The notes under the pieces were generated by a model. It had not been told where the DNA came from. It was given only the letters and a program-made list of their open reading frames with translations, and ran no database searches. From Burkholderiales bacterium (GTDB taxonomy: Bacteria > Pseudomonadota > Gammaproteobacteria > Burkholderiales > SG8-39), in contig DASREB010000162.1 of assembly GCA_035652275.1 (NCBI GenBank), forward strand, positions 4,371 to 68,370: DNA of 64,000 nt, written 5' to 3'. This document shows, piece by piece, positions 53,537-62,785 of the stretch (its first letter is position 1; every line of letters starts with the position of its first letter). Made by a program: the position numbers and the translations under genes.

Positions 53537-53609
53537 CCCGCGTGCTGAGTTGCTCGCGGATTGCACCTAGAGCAAGCCGATTTGCCAGAAACCCTCTTTT
53601 TCAAAACCT

Positions 53610-53634
53610 GGGCTCCGCCTTCGCGGGGACGACG
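53610..53634. repeat. REP unit (single), direct copy of the right half of 51843-51915
   Basis: GGGCTCCGCCTTCGCGGGGACGACG preceded by ctctttttcaaaacct. Compare gctttttaaacGGGGTCCCCGCCTTCGCGGGGACGAC at 51880-51915. Confidence 0.7.
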
Positions 53635-53636
53635 AA

Positions 53637-55022
53637 CTAGCGGGTCTTGCCGGGGAGCGGTGGCTGGCCGATGCGGCGCCAGAGGTATTTGCCGTGGCCG
53701 CCCTTGCCGACCATCTTGTGATCGTCCATCACCGTCACGCCGCGCGAGATCGCGCGCACCGGCCAGCCCTTGAAGTTCCCGCCTTCGTGCAGGTTGTAGT
53801 CGGCGTAGGAGGCGAAGTCGGCCGCGTGCAGCACGCGCTCCTTGTTGAGGTCGACCAGCGTGAAGTCCGCATCCGCACCGGGCGCGAGCGAGCCCTTGAG
53901 CGGCGCGAGATCGAACACCTTCGCCGGCACCGAGCCGAGAAGCTGACAGATGCGCTGCAGCGGAAGTTTCCGCTTGTGATAGCCCTCCGAAAGCATGACG
54001 GGCAGCATGCTGGCGGTCGCGGGGAAGCCCTGCGATGCGAGCCAGAGCGGCTTGTCCTTGTTCACCTTCTTGCGCGCGTTGTGATCGGACGCGACGAGGT
54101 CGACCGTGCCGTCGAAGATCGCTTCCCAGATCGCCTCCTGGTCGTCCTGGGTGCGAAACGGCGGATTCGCCTTGCCCATGCCGCCGAGCTGCGAGTCTTC
54201 GGTGTGCGTGAGGTAGTGCGGGCAGGTCTCGACGATCACGTCCTTGAAGCGCCGCCGCCAGAAGCGAATGATGTCGAGCGCCTTGCGCGAAGAGATGTGC
54301 GGGAAGTACACGCGCGCGCCGAGCTCTTCCGCGAGGTACATGGCGCGTAGCGCCGGCTCCGATTCGGTGATCGCCGGCTTGGACGCCGACCAGTCCTTCA
54401 GCGTGTTGCCGCCGCGCGCCTGCACCTTGCGGCGCTCGCGGTTCACGATCTCGATGTTCTCGGTGTGGCAGACGATGAGCGGCCGGCCGACCCGCGCCGA
54501 TTCCTTGAGGAGATCGTAGAAATAGCCGTCGTCGGTGCCATCCAGCCCGAGGTAGCGGCCTTCCTCGCCCTTGAAGTTCATGAAGTACTTGAACGACGTG
54601 ACGCCGTAGTCCTTCACGTAGTCGCCGAGTTCCTTGATGTGCAGCTCGTTTGCCGTGCTGAAGTGAAAGCCGAAGTCGACGTGCGCGCGCTCGACCGCGT
54701 ACTGCAGCTCGCGCCGAAAGACCTCGCCGTACGCCTCGTTGTTGAGGAAGTAGCCAAGCACGGTGGTGAAGCCGCCCTGCGCGGCGTTGGCGGTCTCGGT
54801 CGAGTACTCCGTGATCTTCTCGCCCATGCCGAAGTGCACGTGGCAGTCGATGAGGCCCGGGAAGACGTGCAGTCCTTTCGCCGACTCCTCCGGCACGCCC
54901 GGGGCCGCGGTGCCCGGCGCGAGCAGCGATTCGATCTTGCCGCTCTTCACCAGCACGTCCTTCATCTCCGGCTCGCGGTCGGGAAACACCAAGGTGCCGC
55001 CGCGCAATACGAAGTCGCTCAT
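53637..55022 (-). CDS. Dihydropyrimidinase / D-hydantoinase-type cyclic amidohydrolase (second copy)
   Basis: Start MSDFVLRGGTLVF (ATG 55022). GLIDCHVH, Lys in TSFKYFM, CHTEN, PHIS, ASDH. Confidence 0.85.
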   Translation of the reverse strand: MSDFVLRGGTLVFPDREPEMKDVLVKSGKIESLLAPGTAAPGVPEESAKGLHVFPGLIDCHVHFGMGEKITEYSTETANAAQGGFTTVLGYFLNNEAYGEVFRRELQYAVERAHVDFGFHFSTANELHIKELGDYVKDYGVTSFKYFMNFKGEEGRYLGLDGTDDGYFYDLLKESARVGRPLIVCHTENIEIVNRERRKVQARGGNTLKDWSASKPAITESEPALRAMYLAEELGARVYFPHISSRKALDIIRFWRRRFKDVIVETCPHYLTHTEDSQLGGMGKANPPFRTQDDQEAIWEAIFDGTVDLVASDHNARKKVNKDKPLWLASQGFPATASMLPVMLSEGYHKRKLPLQRICQLLGSVPAKVFDLAPLKGSLAPGADADFTLVDLNKERVLHAADFASYADYNLHEGGNFKGWPVRAISRGVTVMDDHKMVGKGGHGKYLWRRIGQPPLPGKTR

Positions 55023-56038
55023 CGTTGTGCGTACCTTTGCCTGAGTTCCTGCATTGAGTAATGGGCCTGCGTGCCGGTGGGCGTGTTGAGTGCCGGCAGC
55101 GTGATGGCGATGTCTTCTTCCGGCACGTCGCGCGAGATGCAGACGAGGCGGTTCGAGTGATCGGCGGACGGCCCGAGCTCGTCCCAATTTCGGAAGCGCT
55201 GCGGCGCATGGAACACGCCCTGCACGCCCTGCACGAAGGCCACCTCGCCGCTGTCTTCCATGCGCAGCAGTCCTTTTACGCGGATGAGCTTCGCGCCGAA
55301 CTCCGCCGTCGCGAGGCGCGACCACGCCGCCCAGCCGGCCCACGTGATTGGCGGCGGCGGGCGGAACGCATGTGCGCGAATGCCCGAAAAATGCTCGCGC
55401 CGGCCGATTCGCCCTCGCGTGTTCAACGACACCTTGTACTTGCGCTCCTTTGCCCAGGTGGAAAAGAGCGCGGCCGGTGTGTCGAGCACTTCTGCCTCGG
55501 GGTTGTGCTCGCGAAGGAAAGCCAGCACTGGCGAGGGATCGGCGAGATCGCGCTTCGTGACGTAGAGGCGCTCGGCAATCGCGGCCTGTTTGTCGAGCTC
55601 GGGGTATTCGCTACGCGAGGCGAGGAAGTGCTGTGCGTCCACCGTGCACACGGTGGCCTCGAAACCATAGGCGGCGGTGACCAGCGGGTGGCCGAGGAGC
55701 ACGTTGAGGAGCGGCGCCGGATCGGCGGCGCCGCTCGTCTCGATGATCACGCGCTCGAAGCGCGGGATCTCTCCGCGCGCGCGCCGCCCGTCGAGGTCGG
55801 CGAGCGTCTCGTGGAGCGCGCCGGTGTTGGCGCAGCACAGGCACCCGGCGTCGAGCAGCACGACGTTGTCGGTCGCCTGGGCGATCATCACGTTATCGAG
55901 GCCGATCTCGCCGAGCTCGTTCACCACCACGGCCGTGTTGGCGAGCGTCGGATCCTTGAGCGCCTTGTTGAGCAGCGTCGTCTTGCCGCTGCCCAAGAAG
56001 CCGGTGAGGAGGAAGACCGGAGTTTTTTCCGCTGTCAT
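55019..56038 (-). CDS. COG0523 (CobW/YjiA-like) G3E metallochaperone GTPase (second copy)
   Basis: FLLTGFLGSGKTTLL, GCLCCA. ATGA overlap (55019-55022) with the hydantoinase start. Confidence 0.85.
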   Translation of the reverse strand: MTAEKTPVFLLTGFLGSGKTTLLNKALKDPTLANTAVVVNELGEIGLDNVMIAQATDNVVLLDAGCLCCANTGALHETLADLDGRRARGEIPRFERVIIETSGAADPAPLLNVLLGHPLVTAAYGFEATVCTVDAQHFLASRSEYPELDKQAAIAERLYVTKRDLADPSPVLAFLREHNPEAEVLDTPAALFSTWAKERKYKVSLNTRGRIGRREHFSGIRAHAFRPPPPITWAGWAAWSRLATAEFGAKLIRVKGLLRMEDSGEVAFVQGVQGVFHAPQRFRNWDELGPSADHSNRLVCISRDVPEEDIAITLPALNTPTGTQAHYSMQELRQRYAQR

Positions 56039-56163
56039 GTACGGCGCTTGTGTTCGCCGAAGAGCTGCACCAGCGCGTCGCGCGGCCAGCGATTCGCCGA
56101 ATCGTTCTCGACGCGCGGATAATTATAGGACCGCGTACATTGGACCGAGGAAGGATAGCCCGC

Positions 56164-56874
56164 ATGAAACCCTGGGACGGCATCGTCAGCGAGGAAGACC
56201 AGAAGCAGACATTCGCGGCCGGCTTCGGCCGTCCCGGCGGCGTCGGCAAGCGGCCGGCGCTGCTGATCATCGACGTCCAGTACCGCACCATCGGCACGAC
56301 GCCGAAGCCGTTCTGGGAAGCGATCAAGGAATATCCGACTTCGTGCGGCGAAGCCGGCTGGAATGCGATGCGCAACATCGCCGTGCTGCTCGCCGAGTTC
56401 CGCCGCAACGACTGGCCGGTGCTCTATCCGCACGTCGCGCCGAAAAACAAGGCGACCGACGGCGGCCGGCTCGCGGAGAAGGTGCCCGCGATCATGAACA
56501 TCCCGCAGAAGGGCTACGAGTTTCCGTCGGAGATCGCGCCGCGCGAAGGCGACGTGCTGCTGCCGAAGAAGCACCCGAGCGCGTTCTTCGCCACGCCGCT
56601 CGTGAGTCACCTCGTCGATCTGGGTGCCGACACGCTTGTGGTCACCGGCTGCACCACCAGTGGCTGCGTGCGCGGCAGCGTGGTCGACGGCTTCGCCTAT
56701 AACTTCCGCGTGCTGGTGCCCCACGACGCGGTGTATGACCGCTGCAATGCGTCGCACGCCGTGAATCTTTTCGACATGGCGGCGAAGTACGCGGACGTCG
56801 GCACGACCGCCGAGATCCTGGAGAAGCTGCGGCCGCTCGCGAAGAGCGCGGGCGCGGCGCGCAAGGTCGGCTGA
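56164..56874 (+). CDS. Isochorismatase-family cysteine hydrolase (N-carbamoylsarcosine amidase / maleamate amidohydrolase-like)
   Basis: ATG 56164. LLIIDVQ (Asp), LPKK (Lys) and VVTGCTTSGCV (Cys) triad contexts. Confidence 0.8.
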   Translation: MKPWDGIVSEEDQKQTFAAGFGRPGGVGKRPALLIIDVQYRTIGTTPKPFWEAIKEYPTSCGEAGWNAMRNIAVLLAEFRRNDWPVLYPHVAPKNKATDGGRLAEKVPAIMNIPQKGYEFPSEIAPREGDVLLPKKHPSAFFATPLVSHLVDLGADTLVVTGCTTSGCVRGSVVDGFAYNFRVLVPHDAVYDRCNASHAVNLFDMAAKYADVGTTAEILEKLRPLAKSAGAARKVG

Positions 56875-56881
56875 GCCTCGC

Positions 56882-59539
56882 GTGCGCGAGGCCGTAGACG
56901 GGCGCGCCACGCGGCGCGAGCTGCGCGTCGGCGGGGCCGCTTTCGACTACTACAGCATCGCCGCGGCGGAGGAGCTCGGACTCGACGGCGTTTCGCGCCT
57001 GCCGTTCTCGCTCAAGGTGGTGCTGGAAAACGTGCTGCGCCAGCACGGCGAGGGGCGCTCGGATGGCAGCGACATCGGCGCGGTGGCCGCATGGCTCGCG
57101 ACGCGCCGCGCCGAGCGCGAGATCGCCTTCCGCTTCACGCGCGTGCTGATGCCCGATTCCTCCGGCGTGCCGCTGCTCGGGGATCTGGCCGCGATGCGCG
57201 ACGCGATGATCCGCCTCGGCGGCGACCCGCAGCGGCTCAATCCCGCGGTGCCGGTCGATCTCATCGTCGATCACTCGGTGATGGTCGATGCCTACGGCAC
57301 GCCCGACGCCGCCGCGCGCAACCAGGCGCTCGAGCTCAAGCGCAACGCCGAGCGCTATGCGTTCTTGCGCTGGGGCGGGCAGGCGTTCGCCAACCTGCGC
57401 ATCGTGCCGCCCGGCAACGGCATCTGCCACCAGGTGAATCTCGAGCACCTCGCGCGTGTCGTGTGGAGCGTCGAGCGCGACGGCCGGCGCCTCGCGTATC
57501 CCGATTCGGTGCTCGGCATGGATAGCCACACGGCGATGATCAACAGCCTCGGCATCCTCGGCTGGGGCGTCGGCGGGCTCGAGGGCGGCGCCGGCGCGCT
57601 TGGCGAATCGGTGGCCATGCTCGTGCCCGAGGTGGTCGGCGTGCGGCTCGTCGGCAAGCTGCAGCCTGGCGTAACGGCGACCGATCTCGTCCTTACCGTT
57701 ACCCAGACCCTGCGCCGGCACAAGCTGGTCGACAAATTTGTCGAGTACTTCGGAGCCGGCGTCGCCGAGCTCGCGCTTCCCGACCGCGCCACGATCGCCA
57801 ACATGAGTCCGGAGAACGGCTCGACCATGGGTTTCTTCCCGGTCGATGCGGAGACGCTGCGTTACCTACGGCTCACGGGGCGCGACGAGGCACAGCTCGC
57901 GCTGGTAGAGGCGTATTGCAAGGCGCAGGGACTCTGGCGCGACGCGAATACGCCGGCGCCCGAGTTCACCGAGACGCTGGAGCTGGATCTCTCGTCGGTC
58001 GAGCCGAGCGTCGCGGGGCCGAGCCGGCCGCAGGATCGCGTGCCGCTGCGCGAGGCGCCGGCGGCTTTCCGCAAATTGGCCGAGAAGCCGAAGGCGAGCG
58101 CCACGCTCAAAGACGGCGACGTGGTCATCGCCGCGGTCACGAGCTGCACCAACACGTCCAATCCGGCAGTGATGGTCGGCGCCGGGCTGCTCGCGCGAAA
58201 CGCGGTGGCGCGCGGGCTCAAGCCGCGGCCGTGGGTGAAGACCTCGCTCTCGCCCGGATCGCGCGTGGTTGCCGATTACCTGGATAAGAGCGGCCTGCAG
58301 AAGTCGCTCGACGCGCTCGGTTTCCAGCCGACGGGTTACGGCTGCATGACCTGCATGGGCAATTCCGGGCCGCTGCCGCCGGAAGTGGACGACGCCATCC
58401 GCACTGGCGGCCTGACGACAGTGGCGGTCCTCTCCGGCAACCGCAATTTCGAAGGGCGCGTGCATCCGGCGGTGCGCGCCGCTTTCCTCGCATCGCCGCC
58501 GCTCGTGGTGGCCTACGCGCTTGCCGGCAGCGTGCTCGTCGACCTCGAATCCGAGCCGCTCGGCGAAGATGCGCAGGGCGGTGCGGTGTATTTGCGCGAC
58601 GTCTGGCCGGAGCGCGCCGAGATCGATCGCGTCATCGCGGCAACGATCAACCCGGCGCTTTACCGCGAGCGTTACGCCGAGCTGGGCGAGGGCTCGCCGC
58701 AGTGGCGCGCGCTCGGCTCGGGCACCGGCACGACCTTTCCCTGGAACCAGGCAAGCACGTTCATTCGCCGGCCACCGTTCTTCGACGACATGCGCGCCGA
58801 GCCGGACGAGCCGGGCGACATCCGCGGCGCGCGCGTGCTCGCCATGTACGGCGACATGTTCACCACCGACCACATCTCGCCGATCGGCGCGATCGCGGCC
58901 GGCACGCCGGCGGCGCAATATCTCGCCTCGCTCGGCATCGCGCCGCGCGACTTCGTCAATTACGCGGCGCGGCGGCTCAACCACGACGTCATGATCCGCG
59001 GCACCTTCGCGAGTACCCGTGCGCGCAACGAGATGACGGCGGACGTCGAGGGCAGCTGCACGGTGCACTATCCGAGCCGGGAGCGCATGCCGATCCACGC
59101 CGCCGCGGCGCGCTACGGCGAGGAAGGCGTGCCGCTCGTCGTAATTGCCGGCGCGGAATATGGAGCCGGCTCCTCGCGGGACTGGGCGGCGAAGGGCACG
59201 CGGCTTCTCGGCGTGCGCGCCGTCATTGCCGAGGGCTTCGAGCGCATCCACCGCTCGAACCTGATCGGCATGGGGGTGCTGCCGCTCGAATTTCCCGCCG
59301 GCGTCACGCGTAATACGCTCGGCTTGAAGGGCGATGAGGTGATCGATGTTGCCGGCATCGGCCGTCCCATCGCGTTGCGCAGCCCACTGGAGTGCAACAT
59401 CACCCGCAGCGACGGCAGGCGCGAGCACCTGCGCCTGCTTGCGCGCCTGGACACCAAGCGAGAGGTCGACTATTTCCGCCACGGCGGCCTGTTGCACTAT
59501 GTGCTGCGGCAGCGCCTCTCACACGAGGCCGCCGCATGA
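56882..59539 (+). CDS. acnA: Aconitate hydratase A-type (aconitase/IRP family)
   Basis: 885 aa, GTG start. FDYYSI...RLPFSLKVVLEN N-terminus. Cluster-ligand contexts SCTNTSN and CMTCMGNSG. Confidence 0.9.
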   Translation: MREAVDGRATRRELRVGGAAFDYYSIAAAEELGLDGVSRLPFSLKVVLENVLRQHGEGRSDGSDIGAVAAWLATRRAEREIAFRFTRVLMPDSSGVPLLGDLAAMRDAMIRLGGDPQRLNPAVPVDLIVDHSVMVDAYGTPDAAARNQALELKRNAERYAFLRWGGQAFANLRIVPPGNGICHQVNLEHLARVVWSVERDGRRLAYPDSVLGMDSHTAMINSLGILGWGVGGLEGGAGALGESVAMLVPEVVGVRLVGKLQPGVTATDLVLTVTQTLRRHKLVDKFVEYFGAGVAELALPDRATIANMSPENGSTMGFFPVDAETLRYLRLTGRDEAQLALVEAYCKAQGLWRDANTPAPEFTETLELDLSSVEPSVAGPSRPQDRVPLREAPAAFRKLAEKPKASATLKDGDVVIAAVTSCTNTSNPAVMVGAGLLARNAVARGLKPRPWVKTSLSPGSRVVADYLDKSGLQKSLDALGFQPTGYGCMTCMGNSGPLPPEVDDAIRTGGLTTVAVLSGNRNFEGRVHPAVRAAFLASPPLVVAYALAGSVLVDLESEPLGEDAQGGAVYLRDVWPERAEIDRVIAATINPALYRERYAELGEGSPQWRALGSGTGTTFPWNQASTFIRRPPFFDDMRAEPDEPGDIRGARVLAMYGDMFTTDHISPIGAIAAGTPAAQYLASLGIAPRDFVNYAARRLNHDVMIRGTFASTRARNEMTADVEGSCTVHYPSRERMPIHAAAARYGEEGVPLVVIAGAEYGAGSSRDWAAKGTRLLGVRAVIAEGFERIHRSNLIGMGVLPLEFPAGVTRNTLGLKGDEVIDVAGIGRPIALRSPLECNITRSDGRREHLRLLARLDTKREVDYFRHGGLLHYVLRQRLSHEAAA

Positions 59540-59546
59540 ATCCGTC

Positions 59547-60470
59547 ATGGCGCCCGAGCACGTGACAGGCATGCGCCTCACGCTGTGCGAGAACATGCGT
59601 GCGGTGCCCTACGTGCCGTTCTATCTCGCGCTCGCCGGCGGCTACTGGGAAAGCGAAGGGCTCGATATCCGCCACGTGGTCTCGCCCAGCACTTCGCGCA
59701 CGGCGAGCGCGCTCCTCGACGGCAGCGTCGATGTCTCGTGGGGCGGGCCGATGCGGGTCATGATGCATCACGACGCCGATGCGGCTTGCCCGCTCGTCTG
59801 CTTCGCGCAGGTCGTGGCGCGCGATCCGTTTGTCCTCGTCGGGCGCACGCGCAAAACCGCATTCTGCTGGCGCGATCTCGTCGGCCTGCGCGTCGCGCCG
59901 GCGGGCGACGTACCGACGCCGTGGATGACCTTCCAGGACGATCTGCAGCGCGCCGGTATCGATCCGGCGTCGATCGCCGGCAATCGCGTGCGGCCGATGG
60001 TGCGCAACCTCGCTGCGTATCGGCGCGGCGCGGTGGACGTCGTGCAACTGTTCGAGCCCTATGCCGATGCCCTGGTGAGCGCAGGCCGCGGGCACGTCTG
60101 GCACCGCTTTACCGAGCGCGGCGACATCGCCTACACGACCTTCTATGCGCCTCGCCGCTTCACCCGCGCGCGGCGCGAGGCGTGCCGGCGCCTGGTGCGC
60201 GGCATCGCGCGCGCACAGGCCGCGCTGTTCGCCGCCACACCGGCCGCGGTGGCCGAGGCGGTGTCGAGCTTCCTGCCGAAGGTTTCGCGCGCCGCTCTCG
60301 AGCGCATCGTCGCGGCTTATCGCGCGAGCGGCCTGTGGGCCAAAACGCCGCAGCTGCCGGCCGCGCCTTACTTGCGTCTCAAGGCGGCGCTCGTCTCGGG
60401 CGGCCTGATACGCCGCGACCCGCCGTATGAGCGCCTGGTCGACGCCGAACTTTCGCAGGTGGGCGCATGA
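59547..60470 (+). CDS. NMT1/THI5-like (NitT/TauT SBP-fold) protein without signal peptide
   Basis: Body resembles SsuA/NMT1-type periplasmic-binding fold (YWESEGLDI...LLDGSVDVSWGG...). The N-terminus MAPEHVTGMRLTL has no hydrophobic signal. No permease or ATPase genes nearby. Confidence 0.6.
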   Translation: MAPEHVTGMRLTLCENMRAVPYVPFYLALAGGYWESEGLDIRHVVSPSTSRTASALLDGSVDVSWGGPMRVMMHHDADAACPLVCFAQVVARDPFVLVGRTRKTAFCWRDLVGLRVAPAGDVPTPWMTFQDDLQRAGIDPASIAGNRVRPMVRNLAAYRRGAVDVVQLFEPYADALVSAGRGHVWHRFTERGDIAYTTFYAPRRFTRARREACRRLVRGIARAQAALFAATPAAVAEAVSSFLPKVSRAALERIVAAYRASGLWAKTPQLPAAPYLRLKAALVSGGLIRRDPPYERLVDAELSQVGA

Positions 60471-61450
60471 GCGCAGTACCGACCATCGATATCGGCCCGT
60501 TCCTCGCGAACGATGCCGCCGGCAAGCGCGCCATCGGCGAGCAGGTCGCGCGCACGTGCGAGCAGACCGGCTTCCTCATCATCTCGGGCCATGGTTTCCC
60601 GCCGGAGCTGCTGTCGCGTGCGCAGCGCGAGCTTTTCGCGTTCTTCGATCTGCCGGTGGAACTGAAGAACCGCTGGCACCCGAGCGGTCCGGCCAAGCAG
60701 CGCGGCTACCACGGCTTCGCGACGCGCGGCCTCGCCTATACGCTTGGCGAGCAGACGCCGCCGGATCTGCGCGAAACCGTGTTCCTCGGGCCGGTGGAGG
60801 ATCACCGCGCGTATTACGCGAACCTGCCCGAGGCGGCGACAAGCTACGCGCCCAACCTGATTCCCGAGGAGCCGGCCGGCCTCGCCGCGACGCTCGTCTC
60901 GCTCTACCGGGAGTACGAGCGCCTGGCGCGCGACATGATGCGCGTATTCGGCGCGGCGCTAAGACTTCCGGAAAGCTACTTCGACGGTACGCTCGATCGC
61001 CACTTCAGCATCATGTCGTGCCATCACTATCCGGTGCTCGAGAAAGCGCCGCTTCCCGGACAGCTGCGCACCGGAGCGCACACGGATTACGGCGCGATGA
61101 CGATTCTCGCGGCGACCGATGCGGAGGGCGGGCTCGAGGTGCGCATGCCCGACGGCAGCTGGGCGGGCGTGCGACCGCGGCCGGGCGAGTTCGTCGTCAA
61201 TCTTGGCGACATGATGGCGCGCTGGACGAACGACCGCTGGGCATCGACGCTGCATCGCGTGGTCAACCCGCCGCTCGGCAGGGCGCAGAGCCGGCGCCTT
61301 TCGATCGGCATGTTCGTGCATCCGAACTATGACCAGAGAATCGAGTGCGTGCCCACCTGCCTCGCTGCGGGCGAGAAGCCGCGCTATCCCGTGATCAGCG
61401 CCGGCGAGCACATCAAGCGCAAGATCGAGCGCAGCCACGAAACTGCTTGA
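60467..61450 (+). CDS. Fe(II)/2-oxoglutarate oxygenase (isopenicillin-N-synthase-like family)
   Basis: ATGA overlap with the previous gene. HTDYG (HxD), distal His in STLHRV, RLSIGMF. Confidence 0.85.
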   Translation: MSAVPTIDIGPFLANDAAGKRAIGEQVARTCEQTGFLIISGHGFPPELLSRAQRELFAFFDLPVELKNRWHPSGPAKQRGYHGFATRGLAYTLGEQTPPDLRETVFLGPVEDHRAYYANLPEAATSYAPNLIPEEPAGLAATLVSLYREYERLARDMMRVFGAALRLPESYFDGTLDRHFSIMSCHHYPVLEKAPLPGQLRTGAHTDYGAMTILAATDAEGGLEVRMPDGSWAGVRPRPGEFVVNLGDMMARWTNDRWASTLHRVVNPPLGRAQSRRLSIGMFVHPNYDQRIECVPTCLAAGEKPRYPVISAGEHIKRKIERSHETA

Positions 61451-61474
61451 CCGCGATGGTTGGGTGCGGGCGCT

Positions 61475-62350
61475 TCAGCCCTGCACGGCGCCGAGGGCGC
61501 CGTACAGCTCCGGCCGGCGGTCGCGCCACCACGGCAGGCTGGTCTGCGCCTTGGCGACGTTGTCGAGCTCGACGGTGGCCACCAGTAAATCCGGGCCGTC
61601 GCTCGAGGCGAGGGCGATGACGTCGGCGCCGATCGGGTCGACGATCATGCTCTTGCCGATGTGCTTGCGGCCGTTCTCGTCGCCGGCGCGGTTGACCGCC
61701 ACCACGTAGACGCCGTTCTCGTATGCCCGCGCCTGCAACGGCAGCTCCCAGGTGTTGCCGCGCAGCTTGGTCTCGCCGTAGGTCGCGGCGCAGATCGGCA
61801 TGAAGATGATCTCGGCGCCTTTCAGGGCGAGCAGGCGCGAGCCTTCGGGGTACTTGCGGTCGTAGCAGATCTGGATGCCGATCTTGGTGCCGCAGAGGGT
61901 GAAGACCGGGAAATCACTGCCGGGCGAGAAGTAGAACTTTTCGTAGCTGCCGGTGCCGCCCGGCAGATTGGACGGCAGGATCGCCGGAATGTGCGTCTTG
62001 CGGTAGACGCCGAGCTGCTTGCCGCTCTTATCGATGACCAGGCAGGAGTTGTAGTAGTGGCGCCCGTCCTTCTCACCGTAGGGGAAAAGGAGCGCGACGC
62101 GATGGTCGGCGGCCGCCTGAAAAATCGGCGCGGCGCCTTTGTCGGGCAGCGCGATGAAGTACCGGTCGAAGTCGTGCGTCAGTCGGTTCGGAAAGAACGG
62201 CGTGAGAAAGAGCTCCGGGAAGCAAACGATGTCGGCGTTCTTGCGCGCCGCCTGTTCGATCATCTTGCAGGCGCCCGCAACACCGTCGCGCCAGTCGTCG
62301 CTCAGCACCGGGCCGGTTTGCGCGGCGGCGAGCGTAATCATGCGTGCCAT
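61475..62350 (-). CDS. Carbon-nitrogen hydrolase, N-carbamoyl-D-amino-acid hydrolase-like
   Basis: Glu in CFPELF, Lys in YRKTH and Cys in QICYDRKYPE. 291 aa. Confidence 0.85.
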   Translation of the reverse strand: MARMITLAAAQTGPVLSDDWRDGVAGACKMIEQAARKNADIVCFPELFLTPFFPNRLTHDFDRYFIALPDKGAAPIFQAAADHRVALLFPYGEKDGRHYYNSCLVIDKSGKQLGVYRKTHIPAILPSNLPGGTGSYEKFYFSPGSDFPVFTLCGTKIGIQICYDRKYPEGSRLLALKGAEIIFMPICAATYGETKLRGNTWELPLQARAYENGVYVVAVNRAGDENGRKHIGKSMIVDPIGADVIALASSDGPDLLVATVELDNVAKAQTSLPWWRDRRPELYGALGAVQG

Positions 62351-62375
62351 CGTTTTCTCCTGGTACCAGATCGTA

Positions 62376-62774
62376 TCAGCCGGCGAGGGCGATGCACTCG
62401 ATCTCGATCTTCATGCCGGCGGAGAGCTGCACGCCGCAGGTGGTGCGCGCCGGCGGGTCCTTGGGGAAGAACTCGCGATAGACGCGGTTCATGTTGTCGA
62501 ACTCGAGCATGTCGTAGAGGAGGATGTTGATCTTCACCACGCGCTCGAGGGACGAGCCCGCCGATTCGAGCAGGTGGCGCATGTTGGCGAGCGTCTGGCG
62601 CGTCTCGTGCGCCATGGTCCCAAGGCTGCGCTCGCCGGTCGCCGGGTCGGTGGACAGCATGCCGGAGAGGAAGATGAAATCTCCGGCGCGGATGCCGGGG
62701 CTGTGCGGCAGGTTGAAACTGCGCGAGACGTTGAGCTTCTCGTTCTGCGGCACGATGACTTCGCGGCGGGCCAA
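62376..62774 (-). CDS. RidA family protein (TTG start proposed)
   Basis: No ATG is available. TTG 62774 is preceded by an AGGAGGAG SD. GIRAGDFIFLSGM...VKINILL...PARTTCGV...IEIECIA. Confidence 0.7.
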   Translation of the reverse strand: MARREVIVPQNEKLNVSRSFNLPHSPGIRAGDFIFLSGMLSTDPATGERSLGTMAHETRQTLANMRHLLESAGSSLERVVKINILLYDMLEFDNMNRVYREFFPKDPPARTTCGVQLSAGMKIEIECIALAG

Positions 62775-62785
62775 GCGCTCCTCCT

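Noticed and set aside
57866-59497. 543-aa minus-strand ORF inside acnA; also 46637-48421 opposite the BVMO and 486-2051 opposite clpB and the MBL gene
   Set aside because: All lie antisense to, or out of frame with, strongly supported genes, and all have Arg/Ala-rich composition.
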